This document shows positions 32,501 through 39,724 of a stretch of 64,000 nucleotides of DNA, piece by piece (the first letter of the stretch is position 1; the number at the start of each line of letters is the position of its first letter). The translations under genes were made by a program, and so were the position numbers. Origin of the DNA: an uncultured Acidobacteriaceae bacterium (lineage in GTDB: Bacteria > Acidobacteriota > Terriglobia > Terriglobales > Acidobacteriaceae); assembly GCA_963759355.1 (NCBI GenBank), contig CAVWYV010000003.1, forward strand, positions 433,791-497,790. The letters are read 5' to 3'. A model generated the notes under the pieces. It was given only the letters and a program-made list of their open reading frames with translations. It was not told the origin of the DNA and did not search any database.

Positions 32501-32692
32501 GTACATCCCTGAACCATTTGTCTTTGCGGAATAGATGACACCTGTGGCGTCATTGGCAATCTCCACATCGGCATTCAGAATGAGGTTTCCTTGCGGATCA
32601 GTGACACCGCCGCTGATCGTTGCGCTTGTGGACTGCCCCAAAGCGGTCAAAGAAACAAGACAGAGACAGAGGACGAGGAACCAACGTTTCAT
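29582..32692 (-). CDS. TonB-dependent receptor (Oar-like, carboxypeptidase-regulatory N-domain)
   Basis: IPLNGRSFQDLI, FSVNGQR, ALQEFRIQSSTYSAEYGR, NFAPRLGVAW, FRAETFNLFNHPNF, terminal QFALRLVF. Confidence 0.93.
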   Translation of the reverse strand: MKRWFLVLCLCLVSLTALGQSTSATISGGVTDPQGNLILNADVEIANDATGVIYSAKTNGSGMYLVPILPPGHYHVQVSKAGFQTIIKADVVLNVQSAVALNFVLPVGATSESVTVNSDTPPLNTTNASVSTVVDQRFVGDIPLNGRSFQDLISMTPGVVTQTPQNTSQGVGNSGDFSVNGQRTQSNYYTVDGISANVNAGNGNGISQAATGGTLGGTTALGTTQTMVPVDALQEFRIQSSTYSAEYGRSPGGQISLLTRSGTNALHGSAYDYLRNSFFDANDWFNDHYGKLEPALRQNDFGGTFGGPIWIPRVYNGKGRSFFFAAYEGLRLTQPTAATIQYVPDLAMRQQAVQTMKPILNAYPLPDGIDYGTVASPSLAQFIAPFSLPSRIDSTSIRLDHTLGPKLTLFFRYGDTPSSTQSRPNFALNTTSIDNQNFNLGASSQLSNSITNEFRLGYARAEAAQAGALDGFGGATPTDLVAALGAEGQGRANPVVVMYFGPGNPVMDVLNSRNAQRQWNLVDTAGTLAGHHTLKIGLDYRRLTTALMPPDLEPYTYFSAPQQVLSGRPIVPYVIRYVSATPVFNETALFVQDEWRVRPTVSLSYGLRWELDPPPTEQHGDNAYTVAGDIDTPASLTLAARNTPLWQTSKYNFAPRLGVAWIVRNRAGAQTVVRAGGGVFFDSLNEVAALGYSGLGFRAMATRTGATLPFTPSQLDVPVTVAPPYTSAVITAFPTHLQLPYTLQWNASLQQALGANQSMTLSYVAAGGRRLIGLQEKVITPFNPNFGTVQYFQSGVTSNYQSLQLQFQRSVAKGIQALVAYTWAHGIDYGSNATALPLMRADSDFDVRNNFQGGVSWDLPKLKSGKMLNAMLNDWSLDSRVNVRSAFPVTLGGKFIVDPGTGEQYSSTLNIISGHPFYRYGPQYPGGRAINPDAFSVPPIGDAWRRSPQFLRGFGATQLNLAVRREIPLHDPLTLRFRAETFNLFNHPNFGYVNPTYTDVTFGQATQMLNASLATVASQYQQGGARSMQFALRLVF

Positions 32693-32779
32693 GCAGTCGC
32701 GCTCCGAAGAGGCCAGAGTGGAATGGGTACACCCTGTCTACGTCGGAGGGACCCGTGTTGTACCAGCATGCTAGCTGCA

Positions 32780-34015
32780 TTATGGATGATTCGGTTGAAT
32801 CTGAAGATAAGCACGAAGAAACTGCTTCCCTGTCGGCTTATTGCTCCCCCCCGGGGGTTCCACCGTCACAAACACCATGTTAAGGCGAGCCAGCGTACCC
32901 GCGTCCCTGCATTTGAGAACCCAGCGCTTGTGGCTGTCGTCCTGATAGAAGAGACCAAGGCTCACCGGCCGCGTGTCCGTGCCACTGCCCCATACCTGGA
33001 AGGCCACCGGCTGCTTCATTCCGGCCTGCTTGTCAAGATCGAAGCCGTAGAAGACCAGCGAACTGTCCTTGGTGTAAAAAATGCGCCCAAAAGGCTTTGC
33101 CGTCGCTCCGCTCGCGTTCGTGTCATAGATGTCCGCGATGTAGAGATTGCGCGCTCCGATCACGTCCCGAATGTCTCGATCGTGCAGCATCAAATCCCTA
33201 TCGAACGCGAGCATCTTCTCTTTGGCGTCGAGTGAAGCATTCGCTTCCCCCAGCGCCGCATCGAGAAGATGGACCTTTCCTTCCAATTCCGTAACGCGGG
33301 CGAGTTCCTGTCCTGCGCCACTCTGTACAGCGGTCAGCTTTTCACGTAGCGACTGGGCGTCTGCCTGGGCCGCAGTAAGTTGCTGGCTCAACCCGTCTCG
33401 TTGTGTGAGAAGCTGCTGCTGTTGGGTCTCTTCAGTCTCGAGCAACCGCTTCTCGCCGACGATTGCCTCTTTGGCTTCAGCCGCTCTCTTATCTGACTCA
33501 GCAAGCTGGTTCTCGAGCGAGGAAAGCTTTTGCTCGTCACGGACTAGGGCGTCGTGCTCAGTTCGGTCAGGCATGACCGGTTCGGCAGCAATCACCCTCG
33601 AACTGGAGGCGACCTGCTGATGGGATGGAGGATCCATGTGACGGACGCCAGCATACACCAACCCGCCTGCCACACAGGCAGCGATTGCCCCCGCTGCCAT
33701 CCATGCCCAGTGCGATTTTGAAGCTGGTACCGGATCCGAAACCGGTCGGCTCCCCAAGCGGTTCATGAGCCTTTGCTCGGCTTCCCGTAAGGAGCCGTCC
33801 GACTCCCTGGGGACAAAGGGTGATTCCGCAGCGGCACTCGCGGCCATGGCCGGAATCACTTCTGATGCAACGTGCTCATATTGTTCGAAGGTTTCCCGGC
33901 AGGAGTCGCAGTAGGCCATGTGCACCTGCAACAACGCCCATTCCTCATCAGTCAGCTCCCCTGAGTAGAAAAGGGGGACGAGCCTAACGAACTCATCATG
34001 AAAGTGAGGATTCAC
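32780..34015 (-). CDS. Anti-sigma factor (zinc-binding HxxxCxxC, TM, coiled coil, RskA-like C-terminus)
   Basis: HMAYCDSC, TM helix, FQVWG, PVSLG, FVTVEPPGGSNKPTG. Confidence 0.87.
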   Translation of the reverse strand: MNPHFHDEFVRLVPLFYSGELTDEEWALLQVHMAYCDSCRETFEQYEHVASEVIPAMAASAAAESPFVPRESDGSLREAEQRLMNRLGSRPVSDPVPASKSHWAWMAAGAIAACVAGGLVYAGVRHMDPPSHQQVASSSRVIAAEPVMPDRTEHDALVRDEQKLSSLENQLAESDKRAAEAKEAIVGEKRLLETEETQQQQLLTQRDGLSQQLTAAQADAQSLREKLTAVQSGAGQELARVTELEGKVHLLDAALGEANASLDAKEKMLAFDRDLMLHDRDIRDVIGARNLYIADIYDTNASGATAKPFGRIFYTKDSSLVFYGFDLDKQAGMKQPVAFQVWGSGTDTRPVSLGLFYQDDSHKRWVLKCRDAGTLARLNMVFVTVEPPGGSNKPTGKQFLRAYLQIQPNHP

Positions 34016-34060
34016 CGACTCTGTTTCCTCGCCGCGCAGTCGTTGCCCAATTTTCTCACC

Positions 34061-34729
34061 CTATTCGCACTTCCGGGAGAAGATGTGCCTTCGAAGCCGG
34101 TCAAGTGCACGATAGTAGCGATGTCGAACGTTTCCAATGCTCTGCCCGCTTTTCTCTGCAATCTCCCGCAGGCTGTATCCCTCAAACAAGTGGAGTTCCA
34201 AAGTCTCTCGCTGCTCGGTCGACAGGGTCTCGCGCAGGCGGTCGAGAATGGCTTTGCCGTCGATCACGTCCGTGGAGGGAGGAGCAGCTCCGATCGACGA
34301 TTGCTGTTCGTCAAATACCGGAGCATCATAGTGCTGCCGACTGGTCAGATAGCGTCTGCGATCAAGGGCGCGATGATAGGCGACCTGCATGATCCATGAG
34401 GATCCGGAACCCTTGGATGGATCAAAGAGTCTCGCTTTTTCGAATATATAGAGGAAGACATCCTGGCGGACATCGGCCGCCTCTGATTCATTGCGGAGTA
34501 TCCGCGAGGCAACCTGCAGGACAGAACGACCATGGCGACGGAACAGAACGCCAACTGACTCGGTAGAGCCCATTACTACATGACTGAGCAGTTCCTCGTC
34601 CGAGAGTGTCCCAAGTTTTGGGTCGCGCGGGTCGGCGATGACCGGACGTGAAATCTGCGGCAAGTCATTGGGGACTGTCTCCACTGCGGCGAGACTGTGT
34701 GGGGATCGGAGTGCCACTTCGGAACTCAT
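34061..34729 (-). CDS. ECF RNA polymerase sigma factor
   Basis: AADVRQDVFLYIFEKARLFDPSKG, WIMQVAYHRALD, region 4 EGYSLREIAE...GNVRHRYYRAL. Confidence 0.9.
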   Translation of the reverse strand: MSSEVALRSPHSLAAVETVPNDLPQISRPVIADPRDPKLGTLSDEELLSHVVMGSTESVGVLFRRHGRSVLQVASRILRNESEAADVRQDVFLYIFEKARLFDPSKGSGSSWIMQVAYHRALDRRRYLTSRQHYDAPVFDEQQSSIGAAPPSTDVIDGKAILDRLRETLSTEQRETLELHLFEGYSLREIAEKSGQSIGNVRHRYYRALDRLRRHIFSRKCE

Positions 34730-34763
34730 CGAAACCTCCGCAGGAATTTCGCCAAACAAATGA

Positions 34764-34809
34764 CAACGATAGTTGGTCAAAGGAAGTATACGCAACCATA
34801 GTTGCTGTT
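34764..34809. promoter_or_regulatory. Two palindromic operator-like sites (CAAC-nATA-GTTG)
   Basis: CAACGATAGTTG at 34764-34775 and GCAACCATAGTTGC at 34792-34805, between the divergent sigma and XRE genes; third copy at 35446-35459. Confidence 0.65.
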
Positions 34810-34834
34810 TCAATCAACAAGTTCCTCCGACGAT

Positions 34835-35119
34835 ATGGTTGTGCCTAAACCGATCGGCGCGGGGAAAAAACGAAAGTCCGGCACTCCGCGAGAACTGTTC
34901 GGGACTGCGGTAACGACGTTGCGAATAGCTAGAGGGGTATCACAAAGCGTCGTCGCGGCAAGGGTTGGCTGCGACGAGTACTATCTCCGCAACATTGAAC
35001 AAGGCAAGGAAAACCTCAGTTTCGATCTGATGTACGCAATCATCGCTTACTATGACATGCTGCCTCTGAGCCGATTTTGGGCGTATGCAGAGAAGTCCAC
35101 GGCTGCAGCTTCTTCCTGA
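34835..35119 (+). CDS. XRE-family HTH regulator
   Basis: LRIARGVSQSVVAARVG...YLRNIEQG. Confidence 0.85.
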   Translation: MVVPKPIGAGKKRKSGTPRELFGTAVTTLRIARGVSQSVVAARVGCDEYYLRNIEQGKENLSFDLMYAIIAYYDMLPLSRFWAYAEKSTAAASS

Positions 35120-35131
35120 TCGTTCAATCAT

Positions 35132-35410
35132 TTATCTGTTGGCCGATCTCTTTGAGAGCGACTCTGCATAGATCCAGAACTGCCCGATGGACATTTGAAA
35201 GTAGCTACTGATCGCAGACATAACGTCGCACGTAATGTTGGCTTGGCCTCGCTCAATTCGTCCCAGATAGTAGTTGCTATATCCAAGCGCTGCTGCCAAC
35301 GTCGCTTGAGACTGCTTGTGCAACACTCTCTTCTCCGTCACAGCTCGGCCGAACACCTGGCTCGGTGTAGCACCTTTACGCTTTTGGTCCGCTCCAAGGG
35401 GTTTGGCCAC
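35132..35410 (-). CDS. XRE-family HTH regulator (paralogue of 34835-35119)
   Basis: SQATLAAALG...YLGRIERG; shared N-terminus KP(I/L)GAxxKRK. GTG start inferred by alignment to the paralogue. Confidence 0.83.
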   Translation of the reverse strand: MAKPLGADQKRKGATPSQVFGRAVTEKRVLHKQSQATLAAALGYSNYYLGRIERGQANITCDVMSAISSYFQMSIGQFWIYAESLSKRSANR

Positions 35411-35441
35411 GAAGCCATGGTTCCGCGCCAAGCAAGGGCGT

Positions 35442-35459
35442 AACAGCAACTATGGTTGC
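35442..35459. promoter_or_regulatory. Operator-like palindrome, inverted copy of 34792-34809
   Basis: AACAGCAACTATGGTTGC is the exact reverse complement of GCAACCATAGTTGCTGTT. Confidence 0.7.
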
Positions 35460-35577
35460 CGTTACCGAACACACTTCATATATGGCGATTTGCCCGATCC
35501 GGTAGACACTCTGCGCACGAATGAAAGGAAACGTAAAAAACGATATCAACTGTCCATTTGTGATATCATCCTTATGG

Positions 35578-35814
35578 ATGGCTGCTGTTACGATTCGTAA
35601 TCTTCCAGAGGCGACACATCGGGCACTCAAAGCACGAGCTGCGAAGCATGGTCGAAGTACTGAAGCGGAGATCCGGGAGATCATTGAGTCTGCCGTGCGA
35701 CCCTCTTCCCGTATTCGACTGGGCACCGCACTTGCGGAGCTAGGCCGGAAATACGGCGGCGTCGAACTTCAAATTGAACGCGACCAATCCCCTGTCCCAC
35801 CAGTTCGGCTCTGA
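35578..35814 (+). CDS. fitA: FitA-like ribbon-helix-helix antitoxin
   Basis: MAAVTIRNLPEATHRALKARAAKHGRSTEAEIREII. Confidence 0.9.
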   Translation: MAAVTIRNLPEATHRALKARAAKHGRSTEAEIREIIESAVRPSSRIRLGTALAELGRKYGGVELQIERDQSPVPPVRL

Positions 35815-36233
35815 TGATCATCCTTGATACGAACGTAATCTCCGAGCCGCTGCGACTGACCGGTGATCCCGCCGTCCTTAGTTGGCTGGACCAACAGGAT
35901 ATCGAAACACTTTATTTGACAGCAGTCACGGTGGCGGAACTTCGTTTCGGGATCACGGCCCTTCCGTCGGGAAAAAGAAGACAACGCCTGGAAGACGAAT
36001 TCGAACGGCGTATTCTTTCTCTGTTTGAGGGGCGCGTTCTTCCATTCGACGAGGCCGTGACTATCGCGTACGCGGAAATTCGCGCCAAAGCTCGGTCAAC
36101 AGGCAAGGCCATTGGAGTGGCCGACGCCTTCATTGCTGCCATCGGCGCCCACCATGGACTCACGATCGCAACGCGCGATGTCGCCCCGTTCAAGTTCGCC
36201 GGGATTCCCGTTATCAATCCTTGGAGCCACTAG
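35814..36233 (+). CDS. fitB: PIN-domain toxin FitB/VapC
   Basis: MIILDTNVISE, AELRFG, DAFIAA, IATRD, INPW. Confidence 0.92.
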   Translation: MIILDTNVISEPLRLTGDPAVLSWLDQQDIETLYLTAVTVAELRFGITALPSGKRRQRLEDEFERRILSLFEGRVLPFDEAVTIAYAEIRAKARSTGKAIGVADAFIAAIGAHHGLTIATRDVAPFKFAGIPVINPWSH

Positions 36234-36269
36234 CTCCTTGTCTTCGACTGCCCCCTGCTGTAGCGCCGG

Positions 36270-36490
36270 CAGGATTCGACGAATTGTCCGAAGCCGGATA
36301 TAGCAGAGCTTCAGCACGCTCGAATGGCAATCGCCTTGATCTCCTCCGGATCGGAGCCGGCAAAGCGGAGAGACCGGCCGCCCAAGTCTGCCCTCCAATC
36401 AGCTACTCCAAAGAAGCGGCGTACCCTATCATCCGCTGACCGAGCGAAAATTGCGGCTGCCCAGCGGAAGCGGCGGCCTGCATAGAAAAA
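36270..36490 (+). pseudogene. Degenerate small basic (nucleoid-like) protein
   Basis: Frame reads IAELQHAR...KRRDRPPK...KKRRTLSSADRAKIAAAQRKR; no clear start codon. Confidence 0.4.
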
Positions 36491-36734
36491 GTCTGCGTCT
36501 GCCTGATATCGCCTCAAAAGGTTCTTGGCATTCCCTGGACTCCTAATCGCATCCTCGAACCCGCTCAGTCAGTGGCATGTTGGCCCGTTCGATGCCGTGA
36601 TCGATTCAGCATTGAGCGCAGAAGATTTTCAGGCAATCATCCAGGCGTTCCCTGCGATATTTTGGTCCAGATTTGCGCCGGCGCGTAACCAGCCTGCGAC
36701 TCATCTGGCGGCGAGTGCCACCATTGCGCTAGCT

Positions 36735-38111
36735 TTAGCCGTCAATGCAAGGCAAATCTACAGAATCGCCACGACCGAATCGAAGTCCGTGAACCGAACA
36801 TTCCGAACAATCCGTGTCCTTGCGAGGTTGAACAAGATCCCTTTTCTGCGAAAGGCAGTGGAAGTGTTCATAGTAGATTGGGCCGTCGCTGGTGCGCAGA
36901 CAGAGATAGTCCATTAGAAAATCGTTCACAGCGTGCGCGGCAGAGATCGCGTTCAGGCTGATCACACTGGGGTTTGGCTCTTCAACGCCATATTCCTGCG
37001 CTTTCCGTTCTTCGTCAGTCTTTGCTTCCTTGGCCAGTGCGGTCGCATCAATGAGCTGATTGCACCATAGGCAGGCATGACCGGGACGGACAGGACGGTT
37101 GGCGCTCATTACATCCAATAGCGATCCGTCCGTACCTGGGCTAATTTTCGAGCCGAGTTGCACTCCAGGTATGAAGTATTGATGCACGAGTGCGTTGAAC
37201 ACCAGTCGAGCACGCATCGAGTCCGCGGCCAGGAATATGTAATCGCAATCGGTCAACTTACTGGCAATTGACCCCTTGGCAATGTCGTCAACAAAGGATT
37301 TCACCTTGGCACGCTTATTAGCAGCGAGGATCATCCGTTTAGCGATCTTCACCTTCGCAAGCTTTTTGCGCACGTCGGCAGGGGACGCGCCGACAATACG
37401 AGAAAGGTTTGACTCTTCGACTACCTCACCGTCCACCAAGGTGAAATGGCCGACCCCAAGACGGGCGAGGTATTCGGTGACCAAACTTCCAATTCCTCCG
37501 AGGCCAAGGACCGCCACTCGACATTCAGAGAGCTCTACCTGGCCGGCTTTTCCAAACATTCTCACTTGACGCTCATGAGCCATCGAGGTGGAAGTCAGAC
37601 CGCTCCGCGGCGATGGCGTCAATCGCTGAATGGTGCGACCGACGACTACGGCGTCCTTGATTTTCATCCTCGCGGTCTTCGAAATCCAGAGGTCCGCTGC
37701 AACTGACCTATGACCAAATACCAACGCACCAACCGGAATTCCGCGTGAAATCTGAAGTAGGGCGGGATAGCCAAGATCGTGCGAGTCGAGATCAATTTGG
37801 CTGAAGCCCACCTGGCGATCACTGGCATGATTGTGAACTGCGAGGTAAACAAGTTTCTCGTCACGCGCTCTGGTGATGAGGCGATGGATGAACCGCGGCT
37901 GGAGCGCGCGGTATCCGACTTTGCCTTCGACGTAATCGACACCATCGACGGCCAAATGAACTTCGCGGACGAGCAGGGTTAGCTGCCCATTAATATGCGA
38001 CATGCCGGCCAGGAGGACGGCACCATGCTCGTCGTTGTCTCCCGGGAACAAATGAGCATGCAGAGCTTTGAAGTGGTCATGCGTGATTCGAATACGACAC
38101 TTCTTATTCAT
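36735..38111 (-). CDS. JAB peptidase - ThiF/E1 fusion
   Basis: JAB: EHGAVLLAG...HNH-x8-SQID; E1: GLGGIG, VEESNLSR, AADS, CLWC...CSEC. Confidence 0.9.
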   Translation of the reverse strand: MNKKCRIRITHDHFKALHAHLFPGDNDEHGAVLLAGMSHINGQLTLLVREVHLAVDGVDYVEGKVGYRALQPRFIHRLITRARDEKLVYLAVHNHASDRQVGFSQIDLDSHDLGYPALLQISRGIPVGALVFGHRSVAADLWISKTARMKIKDAVVVGRTIQRLTPSPRSGLTSTSMAHERQVRMFGKAGQVELSECRVAVLGLGGIGSLVTEYLARLGVGHFTLVDGEVVEESNLSRIVGASPADVRKKLAKVKIAKRMILAANKRAKVKSFVDDIAKGSIASKLTDCDYIFLAADSMRARLVFNALVHQYFIPGVQLGSKISPGTDGSLLDVMSANRPVRPGHACLWCNQLIDATALAKEAKTDEERKAQEYGVEEPNPSVISLNAISAAHAVNDFLMDYLCLRTSDGPIYYEHFHCLSQKRDLVQPRKDTDCSECSVHGLRFGRGDSVDLPCIDG

Positions 38112-38494
38112 GACATTCTCGCTAGGAAATCCAGTATCTTCAGGATTTTCGCGGTTACTTTCTGCGATCCGTTTTGCGCCGCCCCATTGCGTCGGGAGAT
38201 CTGAATCGCCGGTCTACTCTGATACTGATGTCCCCGTGTGACCGGAGCCGCAAACGCGACACCATCCACACGGTTAATTTCGGCACCGACAAATACCGGG
38301 TAGATGTCGGCGTAGGGATATTGCGCAGGAATGTGAAAGCCCATCCAGGTATGGTCCGGGCGATAACGTGGACCTAGCGGAACGTTCTCAATAATGACGT
38401 GCGCTCCGCCCTGATTGTCCTCGGCTACCGTGAACGTCGAGGAACTGAACTGGCACCTCAACTCCTCGATCCCTTTCGAGACCTCTACCTTCAT
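38108..38494 (-). CDS. Prokaryotic E2-like protein (Ser-type)
   Basis: FHIPAQYPYADI, QISRR motif; between Ubl and E1 genes, ATGA-coupled to E1. Confidence 0.78.
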   Translation of the reverse strand: MKVEVSKGIEELRCQFSSSTFTVAEDNQGGAHVIIENVPLGPRYRPDHTWMGFHIPAQYPYADIYPVFVGAEINRVDGVAFAAPVTRGHQYQSRPAIQISRRNGAAQNGSQKVTAKILKILDFLARMS

Positions 38495-38505
38495 GTGTCG
38501 CCTCT

Positions 38506-39021
38506 TTAAGAGTTGTCGTCAGGTGCGATGGCAGTGAAACGGAGGTGCTCGCGCAAGTGCACGACATCGGAGTCTCCGATGATCCGGCTCATACCGTTGG
38601 GGAGCTCCTCCTGTAAAACAAAGTTCTGCTGGATGTGAACACCTTGCTGGATCGCTTCGATCTTGATTTCGGCACCAGTCGCGGTCTTCCCCTGCAACTT
38701 CACGGGCTGTTCGTTCACCGAAACAACCACTTCATGCCGTTCGGGCTTCGCCACGAGGCGAAGATGATGCTCGAGGTGGACCTCTTCCTCATTGCGGATG
38801 ATCCGGTCTTTACCGTCCGCAAGTTCCTCCTGCAGGATGAAGTCTTCCTTGATGTCTACACCTTGCTGGATCGCCTCGAGCTTAATTTCGGCTCCGGTTG
38901 CGCTGTGACGATGAAAGTGCACGGGGCGGTCATTCACCAGAATGGTGACATGGGTCTCGTGGGTTTCATCGTGACCGCGTTTGTGCTGTTCCTGGCTTGT
39001 GGGGTGATCCATCTCCATCAC
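38506..39021 (-). CDS. Multi-ubiquitin (tandem beta-grasp) protein
   Basis: Two repeats VNxxPV...ATGAEIKxEAIQQGVxIxxxFxLQEELxxGxxRII; ends RFTAIAPDDNS. Confidence 0.85.
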   Translation of the reverse strand: MMEMDHPTSQEQHKRGHDETHETHVTILVNDRPVHFHRHSATGAEIKLEAIQQGVDIKEDFILQEELADGKDRIIRNEEEVHLEHHLRLVAKPERHEVVVSVNEQPVKLQGKTATGAEIKIEAIQQGVHIQQNFVLQEELPNGMSRIIGDSDVVHLREHLRFTAIAPDDNS

Positions 39022-39047
39022 TTCCTCCTTGCAACTGTGGCATCAAG

Positions 39048-39118
39048 TTGCTAATCTGCAATCACAGGAATGACTGTAGCTCACCCCGAAGTAGGAAGTC
39101 AATTGCTTTTTAGCAATT
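39048..39118. promoter_or_regulatory. Two TTGC-N6-GCAA operator-like palindromes
   Basis: TTGCTAATCTGCAA (39048-39061) and AATTGCTTTTTAGCAATT (39101-39118) in the divergent Ubl/HTH promoter region. Confidence 0.6.
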
Positions 39119-39125
39119 TCTAGGA

Positions 39126-39494
39126 ATGGCGATCATGATTGAAGGCAAAGGTTTTGACGGCGACGCCTATTACCGCGCTCTGGAGTCTACAGTACGAGCA
39201 AAATCAAAGACTTGGAAGCAAGTTGCTGAAGAAACAGGGGTCAGTGCCTCAACCCTTACGCGGATGGCACAGGGGAGGCATCCGGATGCGGCAAGCTTGG
39301 CTGCCCTGTCAGCATGGGCGCACCTGAATCCCTCTGATTTTGTTCAAACGCCGTATCGGGCCGCGAGACCTGAATCGATCGCACAGATATCGACGCTCCT
39401 GCGCTCGGACCCAAACTTGGATTCCGGGTCAGCGGAAGCGCTGGAAGCGATCGTGAAGGCAGCCTATGAGCGCTTTCGCAAAATCGAAAAGTGA
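39126..39494 (+). CDS. XRE HTH regulator divergent from the Ubl operon (CapH-like position)
   Basis: TWKQVAEETGVSASTLTRMAQGRHPD. Confidence 0.88.
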   Translation: MAIMIEGKGFDGDAYYRALESTVRAKSKTWKQVAEETGVSASTLTRMAQGRHPDAASLAALSAWAHLNPSDFVQTPYRAARPESIAQISTLLRSDPNLDSGSAEALEAIVKAAYERFRKIEK

Positions 39495-39507
39495 GGCCGC
39501 TCTCCAG

Positions 39508-39699
39508 TCAACATTTCAACTGACGTCTGCGACTCTCCGCCGCGAGCATTCGGCGCTCCTCGACGACCCGCACTATTTCCGGAATGACCTCGTCATCCAT
39601 GGCACGCTCAAATTCAGCGATCGTCTGCGGGTCGACTGGCTTCAGATCCTCGATCAGATCGAATATGCTGTCTTCCTTTTTGTCCATTCCTAGCTCCAT
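39508..39699 (-). CDS. Small helical hypothetical protein (63 aa)
   Basis: Co-oriented 25 bp after the 490-aa gene; acidic N-half, basic C-terminus. Confidence 0.65.
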   Translation of the reverse strand: MELGMDKKEDSIFDLIEDLKPVDPQTIAEFERAMDDEVIPEIVRVVEERRMLAAESRRRQLKC

Positions 39700-39724
39700 G
39701 AGAATGCAATGACGCGCCTGTCAT

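Noticed and set aside
36735-38111. ThiF/MoeB cofactor biosynthesis or CBASS Cap2
   Set aside because: No thi/moa genes and no CD-NTase; the context is Ubl, E2 and JAB.
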